DNA of 64,000 nucleotides, taken from the NCBI GenBank assembly GCA_035577965.1, contig DATJYX010000078.1, positions 20,590-84,589 on the forward strand, in the 5' to 3' direction. The DNA comes from Vicinamibacteria bacterium (GTDB lineage Bacteria; Acidobacteriota; Vicinamibacteria; Fen-336). Positions 30,024-39,518 of the stretch are shown here, piece by piece. The first letter of the stretch is position 1. Each line of letters starts with the position of its first letter. The notes under the pieces were generated by a model that did no database searches, was not told the DNA's origin, and worked only from the letters and a program-made list of their open reading frames with translations. Position numbers and translations under genes: made by a program.

Positions 30024-30827
30024 CTACTTCTCGAGCCTCTCGGCGGTCAGCTCGTACTTCCAGTACTGTGTCACCCGGGCCTGGGTCTCGTAGCGGATCG
30101 TCCACGAGGCGGGCAGGGTCAGGCCCTTCGCCGGCTTGAAGTCGGAGAAGGTCTCCTGGATCTGGAGGTAGACGTCGGACTCGCTCGACGACGACTCGAT
30201 GGTCGTGCCCAGGGACTGAGCGTGGCTCGCCTTGTAGACCGAGGCGACGTGGCGGAAGGTGTCGGGATCGAAGTAGAGGACGATGTCGAGGTCGCCCTGG
30301 CCCTTCTTGGCCCGGTAGCTCAGGCGGTGCAGCTCTCGCCCCTCCAGCTTCTTGATCCCGTCGTAGCTCACCTTCGCCCCGCGCTCGCCGAGGGCGGCGA
30401 GCGCCCACGCCCCGTTCAGGACGCCGCCCAGGAGCCCCTCGCGAAGGATCACCTCGTTCATGCTCACGAAGTGCCCGAGCGCGGAGCGCTTCCCGGGCAG
30501 CACGTAGCCCACCTCGGGCTTGCCGCCCTCGAAGCCGAAGCTCTCCTCCGGGTAGCCCTGCGAGGGGAACTTCATGCGCAGGGCGAAGCGGGAGGCCTCC
30601 GAGTCGAAGCGGAAGCGCCCCATGAGCGCTCCCGCCACCCCGCCGCTCGCGGGGGCGGTCATCGCGCACGCGCCCTCGACGTCGCGGGCGGCCGCCCGAG
30701 CCTCCGCCGTCCCCACCGCCTCGAGGTGGTGGGCGACCACGTCCTCGGGCTTCATCTTGTCGCCCGCGCCCGCGGCGGCGGGAAGAGTCGCGACGACGAC
30801 GGCGATCACCAGGTGTCGGCGCTTCAT
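30024..30827 (-). CDS. hypothetical secreted protein
   Basis: The C-terminal 267 aa of track ORF 30024..31745 begin at ATG 30827 with signal peptide MKRRHLVIAVVVATLPAAAGAG. No recognised domain. Confidence 0.5.
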   Translation of the reverse strand: MKRRHLVIAVVVATLPAAAGAGDKMKPEDVVAHHLEAVGTAEARAAARDVEGACAMTAPASGGVAGALMGRFRFDSEASRFALRMKFPSQGYPEESFGFEGGKPEVGYVLPGKRSALGHFVSMNEVILREGLLGGVLNGAWALAALGERGAKVSYDGIKKLEGRELHRLSYRAKKGQGDLDIVLYFDPDTFRHVASVYKASHAQSLGTTIESSSSESDVYLQIQETFSDFKPAKGLTLPASWTIRYETQARVTQYWKYELTAERLEK

Positions 30828-30928
30828 GGCGGCCTCCTGACTCGGCGACGCGCCATCATATACTCGCGCCCGCCGCGTTGCGGGACGTCGAGGCGAGCAC
30901 GAGCCGGCGCCTCGAGAGAGGCCCCCGC

Positions 30929-32197
30929 TCAGTAGAGGACGCGCGTGCGGATGCTCGTCGGGAGGGCGGACATCTGCGTGCGGACCTCGTTCGACACCTC
31001 GCGGTTGAGGTCCATCACGAGGTAGCCGACGGCCGGGGTCGTGGCCAGGATCTGGCTCTCGATGTTGGCGTGCGCCTCCGACACGATGCGGTTGATGTCG
31101 CTCAGCACCCCGGGGACGTTGCGGTGCACGTTCAGCAGGCGGTGGCGGCCCCGGAGGGGCGGGGGCTCCACGTGCGGGAAGTTCACGGCACCGGTCGTGG
31201 CTCCCGTGTTCACGAACTTCACGAGCGCGGTCGCCACCTCGCGGCCGATGGCCGCCTGCGCCTCCTCGGTCGAGCCCCCGACGTGCGGGGTCAGGATCAC
31301 GTTCGGGAGGCCGCGGAGCTCGGTCGCGAACTCGTCGGTGTTGCCGTCGGGCTCGGCGGGGAAGACGTCGGCCGCCGCGCCGGCCAGGTGGCCGGAGGCG
31401 AGGGCCTTCGCGAGCGCTCCGACGTCCACGACGCTGCCGCGGCTGAGGTTCAGGAGGTAGGCCCCGGGCTTCATCCGCGCGAGCTCGCGGGGGCCGAAGA
31501 GCCCCCGCGTGAGCGGCGTCTCGGGGACGTGGAGGGTGACGAAGTCGGCCTGGGCGAGGAGGGCGGCGAGCGACGCCGCCGGACGGTTGTTCCCGATCGG
31601 CAGCTTGGGGGCGACGTCGTGGAAGAGCACCTGCATGCCGAACGCCTCGGCGAGGACGCCGACCTGGGTGCCGATGTGGCCGTACCCGACGATGCCGAGC
31701 GTCTTGCCCCGGATCTCGTAACAGGAGGGCGCGCTCTTCCTCCACCGGCCGTCGTGCATGTCGCGCGAGCGGTCGGCCAGGCGGCGGGCGAGGGCGATCA
31801 CCTCGGCGATCACGAGCTCGGCGACGCTGCGGGTGTTGCTGAACGGCGCGTTGAAGACCGGCACGCCGCGCCCGGCCGCGGCGTCGACGGCGACCTGATT
31901 CGTGCCGATGCAGAAGGTCCCGAGGGCCAGCAGCCGACGGGCTTCGCCGAGCGCCCGCTCGGTGACCCGGGTCTTGCTCCGGATGCCGAGGACGTGGACC
32001 TCGCGCATCCGCTCCACGAGCTCGTCCTCCCCGAGCGCGCCGGGGACCGTCTCGAGGCGGAAGCCTTCCTCGCGGACGATCTCGAGGGCGGTCGCGTGAA
32101 CGTTCTCGAGGAGGAGGACCCGGATCTGGCCCTTGGGGAACGAGGTCGGGGCCGGCGCGGCCTCGGTCGCAGGCGAGGTCGGCATGGTGCCGCGCAT
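30929..32197 (-). CDS. serA: D-3-phosphoglycerate dehydrogenase with C-terminal ACT domain
   Basis: 2-hydroxyacid dehydrogenase NAD-binding motif GIVGYGHIG, catalytic R/E/H residues, and a C-terminal ACT-like region (RLLNVHRNVPGVLSDINRIV). Confidence 0.85.
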   Translation of the reverse strand: MRGTMPTSPATEAAPAPTSFPKGQIRVLLLENVHATALEIVREEGFRLETVPGALGEDELVERMREVHVLGIRSKTRVTERALGEARRLLALGTFCIGTNQVAVDAAAGRGVPVFNAPFSNTRSVAELVIAEVIALARRLADRSRDMHDGRWRKSAPSCYEIRGKTLGIVGYGHIGTQVGVLAEAFGMQVLFHDVAPKLPIGNNRPAASLAALLAQADFVTLHVPETPLTRGLFGPRELARMKPGAYLLNLSRGSVVDVGALAKALASGHLAGAAADVFPAEPDGNTDEFATELRGLPNVILTPHVGGSTEEAQAAIGREVATALVKFVNTGATTGAVNFPHVEPPPLRGRHRLLNVHRNVPGVLSDINRIVSEAHANIESQILATTPAVGYLVMDLNREVSNEVRTQMSALPTSIRTRVLY

Positions 32198-32198
32198 T

Positions 32199-32906
32199 CT
32201 ATCCGCTCGCTCCTCGGGGCCGCCGCCGCGGCTCGCCGAGGAGGTTCGCCCTCATCGAGCGCCGGTCGGGGCGGATCGAGAAGGGACCGTAGCAGAGCCG
32301 CCTCAGGATCGTGTCCGGCCGCTGGTACCAGCTCGCCCAGCCGAGCGGCGTGTCCCCGTTCATGTCGCGGGCGTCGATCGTCGCGCCGGCCTCGAGCAGA
32401 TGGTCGATCGTGTCTTCGGTGCCGAAGGCCGCCGCCCGATGAAGGGGCGTCTCCCCCTTCGTCCGGCAGTCGCGCATGAAGGCCGCCGTCTCGACGCCCG
32501 GCTTCGTCGCGCGGTTGGGGTTCGCGCCGTGGGCCAGGAGGACCCGGAGGACGAGGTCGTGGGCGACGCGGTCGGTCGTGCAGAGAGCCGAGTGCAGTGG
32601 CGTCTCCCCGGTGTCCGGAGAAGCCGCGTCGGCGGATGCGCCGCTCTCGAGGAGGAACTCGCAGAGCCGCCAGTGGCCGTGGAAGGCGGCCGTGTTCAGC
32701 CCCAGGTCGTCGCCGAGCGAGCGCAGCTCTTCACCCCGCTCGAGGAGGACGCGCACGGCGCTCACGTCGCCGTAGTAGGCGCACCACTCGACGAGGCGCA
32801 CACCCTTCTCGTCCTCGGCGTCCGCGGGATGGCCTTCGGCCAGGTGGTCGAGCACCAGGTCGGTGCGTCCGTCCCGGATCCGCGCCAGCCTCTCGCCCTC
32901 CATCAT
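32199..32906 (-). CDS. ankyrin-repeat protein
   Basis: The C-terminal 235 aa of the 1695-aa track ORF begin at ATG-ATG 32906. There are at least 4 ANK repeats (GETPLHSAL.., GETPLHRAAAFG.., NGDTPLGWAS). The rest of that long ORF is a wrong-frame artefact over polB/pgm. Confidence 0.75.
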   Translation of the reverse strand: MMEGERLARIRDGRTDLVLDHLAEGHPADAEDEKGVRLVEWCAYYGDVSAVRVLLERGEELRSLGDDLGLNTAAFHGHWRLCEFLLESGASADAASPDTGETPLHSALCTTDRVAHDLVLRVLLAHGANPNRATKPGVETAAFMRDCRTKGETPLHRAAAFGTEDTIDHLLEAGATIDARDMNGDTPLGWASWYQRPDTILRRLCYGPFSIRPDRRSMRANLLGEPRRRPRGASG

Positions 32907-32962
32907 GAAGACCTCCTGACCCCTCCGGGAGTCTATCGCGGCCCCGGAGGCGGCAGGGCCGG

Positions 32963-35290
32963 TCAGAAGAGCGAGAGCTGCCGCTTCGAGCCGGACGCGT
33001 CGTCGAAGTCCTGGCCGAGGAGGGCCAGGACCGGCTCCGCGACCGGCCGCAGCTGCCGCTCGACGTAGTGCTCGTGGTCGATCGGGTGCCGCCTCTCGTC
33101 GGCTGGCTCGGGCCCGTCGGTGGTGATCACGTAGGCCACGCGGCCGCGCCTCTTCCCCGGCATCTTCCGGGCCGCCGCCACGTGGGGCGGGGTCGTCGCG
33201 GTGTAGGCCTCGGGCACCTTGCGGAGGGCCTTGCGGTAGACGAGCCGGTCGTCGAAGCGGCCCTGGCGCAGGCCCAAGACGACCTCCCGCAGGTAGTCGA
33301 GGACGGGCCGGTCGGTGAAGAGCCGGGCGTAGAGCTCGCGCTGGACGTGCCGGGCGAGGTCGGTCCAGTCGCCGCGCACGGCCTCCATGCCGGTGAAGGC
33401 GACCTCCTCGCCGCCGGGCCCGTCGACGAGGCCGGCGTACCGCTTGCGCGCGCCCGACGTGCCGTGGCGCACGGCGGGGAGGAAGAGCCGGAGATAGAGC
33501 CGGTCGAAGGCCAGCTCGAGACGGCTCGCCACGTGCCAGCGGTCCGCGACGTGCCGGGCGACTTCGCGGTTGACGCGCGCCACGAGCGCCTCGCCGACGG
33601 CGCGAGCGGCGACACGATCGCCCGCCCCGGTCTCCACGAAGAGGCTGTCGGTGTCGCCGTACAGGACCCGCCGCCCGTCCTCCTCGATCCGGGCCCGGCA
33701 CCAGAGGAGGATCTCGCGGCCGAAGGACGTGATGGCGTTGGCGAGGCGCGGGTCGTAGAAGCGGCAGGCCGGCGTCCCGAGGACCCCGTAGAAGGAGTTC
33801 ATCAGGATCTTGATCGCGTGACTCGTCACGCTGTCGCCCGCCCGGCGGGCCTGCTCGCGGCGGGGCGTGAGCTCGTCGAGGAGCTCGCTCAGGATGCCCT
33901 TCCGCCGCGCGAAGGCGGCGCCGCTCGGGGCCCGGATGGGATCGGCGTCCGTCTGGCCGGCCTCGGGTCGGACGAGGTTCAGGGGGTCGATCTCGAAGGT
34001 GCGGATGAGGGTCGGGTAGAGGCTCTTGAAGTCGAGCACGACCACGTTCGCGTGGAGCCCGGGAACGGGCTCGAGGACGTGTCCCCCGGCCTGCGGCTCG
34101 ACGAGCTCGACCTCCCCCCGGACGCTCGGGGCCACGACCCCGCGCCGCCCGAGGGCGGAGAGGTAGAGGAAGTCGAAGGCGGCGATCGAGGACGCGACGC
34201 GGTCGAGGGGAAGGCCGGTCAGCCGGCTGCGCTCGACGGCGAGCTCGACGAGGCGGAGCCGCTCGAGCACGTCGAGGGCGAGGCGGGCGTCCGTCCGGTT
34301 GTACTCCACGAGGCGGGCGCGGTCCTCCTCGAAGAGGCGCAGGATCTCCTCGGCGCGTCCTCGCCCGGCGATGGTCTTGCCCTCGCCGAGGACCGAGCGG
34401 GCCACCGCGTCGAGGCCGTAGTCCTCCATGCGGACGAAGGCCCCTCGCAGCAGGTGGATCCCGTCGAGGACCACCCGGCCGGGGACGGTCGCCCGGCGCG
34501 TCCCCCGCAGCGCGCCCTCGGCCCGGAGGCGGAGGGCTCCGGGCCCTCGTCCCAGCTCGAGCGGCGCCCCGTGCCGGGCCGCGATCCGGTCGAGAACCGC
34601 CAGGTCGAAGTCGACGACGTTCCAGCCGGTGAGCACGTCGGGGTCGAGCTCGCGCACGCGCCGGCAGAAGCCGGTCAGCAGCTCCTTCTCCGTCGCGAAC
34701 GGCCGCGCGCCGTCCGGGCAGCTCTTCCCGGGGGGCGTGAGGAGCAGCACCTCCGAGGCACCGCAGCCGTGGAGGGAGACGGCGAGGAGGCGGCGGGCCG
34801 CGGGGTCGGTCTCGATGTCGAAGGAAAGGACGGTGAGCCGTGGGGTCCAGTCGGCGGGCCCGATCTCGGGATCCTCGAAGACGAGGCCGAGGCCGGGCGC
34901 GTCCCGTCCTTCGCCACGGATCTCGAGGGCGCCCCGGATCCCCCGGTCGATCAGGGGCCGCAGCGCGAAGCGGACGTCGGCCTCGTGGGTCGGGATGCCG
35001 GCTCTCGCCAGGCGCTCGCGGAGCGGTGGAACGTCGGCCGGCTCCTGGACCTCGACGCGCACGACGGGCCGGCCGAGCGGCGTGACGTGGCTCGTCGGGG
35101 CCTGCCTCCGCGCTCCCGCGTCCCTCGCCCGCTCGGCGTCGTCCGCCTCGACGTAGAAGCGGGGGACCTGCCGCCGGTCGCGCACGAGGAAGGGGCGGCC
35201 GTCCTCGAGGCGTCCGAAGAGGTGGAGAACGGGAACGCCCGACTCCACGCGGTACGTGGGCTGCAGGATGAACCCGCGGGACGAAGGCAT
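32963..35290 (-). CDS. polB: DNA polymerase II (family B DNA polymerase)
   Basis: The 775-aa ORF has exonuclease motifs (FDIETD), polymerase motif A region DFKSLYPTLIRTFEIDP, motif C YGDTDS and a KKRYAG-like motif. A GGAG SD is present and TAGACT lies 44 nt upstream. Confidence 0.85.
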   Translation of the reverse strand: MPSSRGFILQPTYRVESGVPVLHLFGRLEDGRPFLVRDRRQVPRFYVEADDAERARDAGARRQAPTSHVTPLGRPVVRVEVQEPADVPPLRERLARAGIPTHEADVRFALRPLIDRGIRGALEIRGEGRDAPGLGLVFEDPEIGPADWTPRLTVLSFDIETDPAARRLLAVSLHGCGASEVLLLTPPGKSCPDGARPFATEKELLTGFCRRVRELDPDVLTGWNVVDFDLAVLDRIAARHGAPLELGRGPGALRLRAEGALRGTRRATVPGRVVLDGIHLLRGAFVRMEDYGLDAVARSVLGEGKTIAGRGRAEEILRLFEEDRARLVEYNRTDARLALDVLERLRLVELAVERSRLTGLPLDRVASSIAAFDFLYLSALGRRGVVAPSVRGEVELVEPQAGGHVLEPVPGLHANVVVLDFKSLYPTLIRTFEIDPLNLVRPEAGQTDADPIRAPSGAAFARRKGILSELLDELTPRREQARRAGDSVTSHAIKILMNSFYGVLGTPACRFYDPRLANAITSFGREILLWCRARIEEDGRRVLYGDTDSLFVETGAGDRVAARAVGEALVARVNREVARHVADRWHVASRLELAFDRLYLRLFLPAVRHGTSGARKRYAGLVDGPGGEEVAFTGMEAVRGDWTDLARHVQRELYARLFTDRPVLDYLREVVLGLRQGRFDDRLVYRKALRKVPEAYTATTPPHVAAARKMPGKRRGRVAYVITTDGPEPADERRHPIDHEHYVERQLRPVAEPVLALLGQDFDDASGSKRQLSLF

Positions 35291-35353
35291 GTCGGCTCCG
35301 GTGGGGAGGCCTCGAGCGGCGATTCCAGTCTAGCGCCACCCACCCTGCTCGGA

Positions 35354-37132
35354 TCAGGCGAGGTGCAGCTCCCTCGTGAGCGCGCTCCGGAGCGCCTGGC
35401 CTTCGGCCTCCAGCCGCGCTCGCACCGGGGCCACGTCCCGACGCTCCTTCGCCTCGCCGACCAGCTCCAGGTAGAACTTGATCTTCGGCTCGGTTCCGCT
35501 CGGGCGCACGGTGAGGCGCGCGCCGTCTTCGGACTGGAAGGCCAGCACGTCCGACCGAGGGAGGCCCGAGGACCGCCGCTCGCCGCCGATGCGCTCCTCG
35601 CCCTTCTCCGCGTCGAGGACGCGCACGACCGGGCTCCCGCCGATCCGTTGGGGCGGACTCGCCCGCAGACCAGCCATCGCGGCGTCGATGCGGACCCGGC
35701 CCTCCGCGCCGGGCAGGACGACCGACCACTGGACCTGGTGCGAGAGGCCGTGGGCCACGAGCAGGTCGTCGAGCCGGCCGAGGAGCGTCCGCCCGCTCCT
35801 CTTCAGGAAACGGGCCAGCTCGGCGAGACGGAGCGCGGCGCCGATGCCGTCCTTGTCGCGGACGAGGGGACCCACCGTGTAGCCGAGCGCCTCCTCGTAG
35901 CCGAAGACGAAGGCGAGCCCGTCCCGCTCCGCCCCGAGCGCCGCGTCGGCGATCCACTTGAAGCCGGTGAGCGTCTCCCGGCAGGCCACACCGCGGTCGC
36001 GAGCCATGCGCGAGAGGAGGCTCGAGGAGACGACGGTGGTGACGACGAGCTTCGGCCTGCCGCCCGTCGCGGCGTGCTCCATGGCGTCGTCCCCGAGGAG
36101 CGCGCCGAGCTCGTTGCCCGACAGCATGCGGTAGCCGCGGCCCGAGGGGTCGGGCACGGCGGCGGCCAGGCGGTCGGCGTCGGGGTCGTTGGCGAGGACG
36201 AGCTCGGCCTCTGTCTCCGTCGCCAGGCCGAGCACTCGGTCCATGGCCCCCGGCTCCTCGGGGTTGGGGAAGGAGACGGTGCGAAAGGCACCGTCCGGGT
36301 CGGCTTGAGCGGGTTCCGTCGCCACGCCGAGGAACCCGGCCCGAGCCAGGGCCCGGACGGCGAGCCTGTGCCCCACGCCGTGCATCGCGGTGTAGGCGAC
36401 CCGCAGGGGCGTCGCGTCGGGCTCGTGGAGGGCGGCGCCGGCCAAGCCGTCGAGGTAGGCCTCCTCGACCGCCGCGTCGCGCACGTCCACCAGGCGGCGC
36501 AGTCCTCCGCGCGCGGCGTCGGCGGGCGTGGGCCGGGCGATCGCGCCCGCGCGCGGCGCGGCGGCGATGCGGGCGGCGATCGCGACGTCGATCGGGGGGA
36601 CGATCTGCGCCCCGCTCGCCAGGTAGACCTTGTAGCCGTTGTCGGCGGGCGGGTTGTGCGACGCCGTCACCGTCAGGCCGGCCGCGGCGCGCAGGTGGGG
36701 GACGGAGAACGACAGGAGCGGCGTGGGGATCGGGTCGGGGAAGAGGTGCACGACGATGCCCAGGCCGCCCAGCACCGCCGCCGCGTCTTCGGCGAAACCC
36801 CGGCTCGAGTGGCGGCCGTCGAAGCCGACCACGACCCCGCGGGACCGCGGGTCCGGTCCGCCTCTCGCCGCCTCGTCGAGGAGATGCGAGCCGAGGCCCC
36901 AGGTGGCCTTCACGACCGCGAGCCGGTTCATCCGCGCGAGGCCGGCCTCGACCCGGCCGCGGAGGCCGGCCGTCCCGAACTGGAGCGGGCCCGACATGCG
37001 GTCGGCCAGGTCCCGCCTCGCGGCCTCGTCTCCTCCCTCGGCCCGGCGCAGGAGCGCCTCGAGCTCGCCGCGGGTCTCGGGGTCCGGATCTTCGGCCAGG
37101 AGGTCGCGGGCGGCGGCCAGGGGGTCGAGCAT
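35354..37132 (-). CDS. phosphoglucomutase/phosphomannomutase (alpha-D-phosphohexomutase family)
   Basis: Active-site phosphoserine loop TASHNP, a metal-binding loop region and the sugar-binding loop GEES-like (GYEEALG). 592 aa. Confidence 0.8.
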   Translation of the reverse strand: MLDPLAAARDLLAEDPDPETRGELEALLRRAEGGDEAARRDLADRMSGPLQFGTAGLRGRVEAGLARMNRLAVVKATWGLGSHLLDEAARGGPDPRSRGVVVGFDGRHSSRGFAEDAAAVLGGLGIVVHLFPDPIPTPLLSFSVPHLRAAAGLTVTASHNPPADNGYKVYLASGAQIVPPIDVAIAARIAAAPRAGAIARPTPADAARGGLRRLVDVRDAAVEEAYLDGLAGAALHEPDATPLRVAYTAMHGVGHRLAVRALARAGFLGVATEPAQADPDGAFRTVSFPNPEEPGAMDRVLGLATETEAELVLANDPDADRLAAAVPDPSGRGYRMLSGNELGALLGDDAMEHAATGGRPKLVVTTVVSSSLLSRMARDRGVACRETLTGFKWIADAALGAERDGLAFVFGYEEALGYTVGPLVRDKDGIGAALRLAELARFLKRSGRTLLGRLDDLLVAHGLSHQVQWSVVLPGAEGRVRIDAAMAGLRASPPQRIGGSPVVRVLDAEKGEERIGGERRSSGLPRSDVLAFQSEDGARLTVRPSGTEPKIKFYLELVGEAKERRDVAPVRARLEAEGQALRSALTRELHLA

Positions 37133-37164
37133 CGGGCCATTCTACGGCGGGGTTACGATCGGCC

Positions 37165-38259
37165 ATGCTCGCCACGCTGGTCGTCCCCGCCGTTCTCGCC
37201 TCCACTCCCGCTCCGGTCGATCCCGCCCTCGCCGAGCGCTTCGTGCGGCTGGCCCTGGCCTGCGTCCACCAGGAGTACCCGAACAAGATCGCCCACGTGA
37301 TGAACGGCGACGGCGACGCCCGCCCCCCCCGCGAGCTGACCCCGGCTTTCTGCGGCTGCTACGACTGGCACTCCTCCGTCCACGGCCACTGGCTGCTCGC
37401 GCGGATCGCACGGCTCGCGCCCGACGCGCCGGTCGCGGCCGAGGCCCGCCGGGCCCTGGCGCAGAGCCTCACGGCGGAGAACCTCGCCGCGGAGGTGAGC
37501 TACCTCGGCGGGAAGGGGCGGGTCAGCTTCGAGCGTCCGTACGGCCTGGCGTGGCTCCTTCAGCTCGGCGCCGAGCTGCGGGAGTGGAGCTCTCCCGAAG
37601 CGCGCGCGTGGGCGGGGGCCCTCGCGCCCTTGGAGACAGCCTCGGCCGCGCGCCTGCGCGATTGGCTGCCCAAGCTCACGCGACCGATCCGGATCGGAGA
37701 GCACTCGCAGACGGCCTTCTCGCTGGGGCTGACGCTCGACTGGGCCCGGGTCGCCGGGGAGCGGGCGACGGAGGCGCTCGTCGTCGGCCGCAGTCGCGAC
37801 TTCTATCTCGCCGATCGGGACTGCCCGCTGTCCTACGAGCCGTCCGGCGAGGACTTCCTCTCGCCCTGCCTCGGCGAGGCCGACCTCATGCGCCGCGTCC
37901 TGGCTCCGGCCGACTTCGCACGCTGGCTCGACACCTTCCTGCCCGCCCTTCCGACGGACGGCTCGCCGGGATGGCTCGAGCCCGGCGTCGTGACCGACCC
38001 CGCCGACCCGAAGCTCGCCCACATCGACGGGCTGAACCTCAGCCGGGCGTGGATGCTCGAGGGCATCGCCGCGGGCCTGCCCGAAGGAGACCGGCGCATC
38101 GCCGGCCTTCGCGCCGCCGCCCTCGTCCACCGCGCCAAGGGCCTCGCCGCGGTCACCGGCGAGCACTACGAGGGGGGCCACTGGCTCGGGACGTTCGCCG
38201 TCTACCTCGTGACGGGCCGGGGGCTCGCGAAGGGGGCCGCCCCCGTGCCCGCGCCGTGA
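37165..38259 (+). CDS. DUF2891-family protein
   Basis: The 364-aa ORF has the conserved CYDWHSSVHGHW block characteristic of the DUF2891 family. TACGAT lies 5 nt upstream of the ATG. Confidence 0.6.
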   Translation: MLATLVVPAVLASTPAPVDPALAERFVRLALACVHQEYPNKIAHVMNGDGDARPPRELTPAFCGCYDWHSSVHGHWLLARIARLAPDAPVAAEARRALAQSLTAENLAAEVSYLGGKGRVSFERPYGLAWLLQLGAELREWSSPEARAWAGALAPLETASAARLRDWLPKLTRPIRIGEHSQTAFSLGLTLDWARVAGERATEALVVGRSRDFYLADRDCPLSYEPSGEDFLSPCLGEADLMRRVLAPADFARWLDTFLPALPTDGSPGWLEPGVVTDPADPKLAHIDGLNLSRAWMLEGIAAGLPEGDRRIAGLRAAALVHRAKGLAAVTGEHYEGGHWLGTFAVYLVTGRGLAKGAAPVPAP

Positions 38260-38350
38260 CCGTCCCTTCCACGGCCGCGCGCCCCTCCGGCCGGACCCAG
38301 GTGCTAGCATCCGCGGTGCGGCACGATCCCGCCGCTCTCCGGAGGCCTTC

Positions 38351-39499
38351 ATGAAAGCTGCCCTCCTCCTGCTCGGCGCGGCCTCGGCCTGCGTCGTCGG
38401 GCTCCCCGCCCCGGCCGCCGCCGAGGGCCCTTCCCATCCCACCCTCGCCATCGGCTCGAAGGCTCCCGACTTCGACCTCCCAGGGGTGGACGGCAAGCGC
38501 TACTCGCTCTCCAGCTTCGCGGGCGCGAAGGTGCTCGTGCTCGTCTTCACCGCGGACCACTGCCCGACCGCGCAAGCCTACGAGGGGCGGATCGAGAAGC
38601 TCGACGCGGACTTCGCGGGCCGCGGCGTGCGGGTCGTCCTCGTCTCCCCGAACGACCCCCTCGCCCTGCGCCTCGACGAGCAGGGCTACACCGACCTCGG
38701 AGACACCCTCGAGGACATGAAGATCCGGGCGAAGGACCGGGGCTGGACCTTCCCCTACCTCTACGACGGCGAGACGGAGGCGATGTCGCGGAAGTACGGC
38801 CCCGTCGCGACCCCGCACGTCTTCGTCTTCGACGCCGAGCGCACCCTGCGCTTCGTCGGCCGGGTGGACGACAACGAGAACCCCGCCAAGGCCACGACCC
38901 ACGACGCGCGGGACGCGATCGAGGCGGTGCTCGCTGGCAAGCCGGTGCCGGTCGAGACGACCAAGGTCTTCGGCTGCTCGGTCAAGTGGTCGGAGAAGCG
39001 GGCCTCGGTCAAGGAAGGCTACGAGAAGTGGGCGCAGGAGCCGGTGGCGCTCGACCCGATCGACGAGGCCGGCGTCCGGGCGCAGGCGAGGAACGAGATG
39101 GGGAAGAAGCTGCGCCTCATCAACGTCTGGGCCACCTGGTGCGGGCCGTGCGTCATCGAGTTCCCCGACCTCGTCTCCCTCCACCGGATCTACAGGGGCC
39201 GCGACTTCGAGGTGGTGACCGTGAACGCCGACGACCCCGACAAGCGCGACAAGGCGCTCGAGTTCCTGAAGACGCAGCAGGCCTCCACCCGCAACTACAC
39301 CTTCGCCAAGGCCGACCCCTACGCCCTCGTCGAGGCGGTCGACCCGAGGTGGCAGGGCGACCTGCCGCACACCATCCTCGTCGCCCCGGGCGGGGAGGTC
39401 CTCTACCGCTCCGAAGCGGCCTTCGACACCCTGAAGCTCCGCAAGGCGATCGTGGGGTGGCTCGGCCGCTACTACCACTCGACGCCGGGAGGGAAGTGA
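38351..39499 (+). CDS. thioredoxin-fold redoxin protein with two TlpA/AhpC-like domains, secreted
   Basis: Signal peptide; the first domain has HCPT and the second has a canonical WCGPC active site. GGAGG SD is present. Confidence 0.7.
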   Translation: MKAALLLLGAASACVVGLPAPAAAEGPSHPTLAIGSKAPDFDLPGVDGKRYSLSSFAGAKVLVLVFTADHCPTAQAYEGRIEKLDADFAGRGVRVVLVSPNDPLALRLDEQGYTDLGDTLEDMKIRAKDRGWTFPYLYDGETEAMSRKYGPVATPHVFVFDAERTLRFVGRVDDNENPAKATTHDARDAIEAVLAGKPVPVETTKVFGCSVKWSEKRASVKEGYEKWAQEPVALDPIDEAGVRAQARNEMGKKLRLINVWATWCGPCVIEFPDLVSLHRIYRGRDFEVVTVNADDPDKRDKALEFLKTQQASTRNYTFAKADPYALVEAVDPRWQGDLPHTILVAPGGEVLYRSEAAFDTLKLRKAIVGWLGRYYHSTPGGK

Positions 39500-39518
39500 G
39501 AGTGCCGAGGAGGTCCCG

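Noticed and set aside
35291-35353. LexA/SOS box upstream of polB
   Set aside because: Neither CTGT-N8-ACAG, GAAC-N4-GTTC nor GTTC-N7-GTTC patterns are present in the 63-bp upstream region. Only a TAGACT -10 and a GGAG SD are recognisable.
32199-37286. 1695-aa minus-strand ORF apparently spanning the ankyrin, polB and pgm region
   Set aside because: Only its C-terminal 235 aa (the ankyrin protein) are in the real frame. polB and pgm are encoded in a different frame with their own starts and stops, and the N-terminal 1460 aa are a frame artefact.
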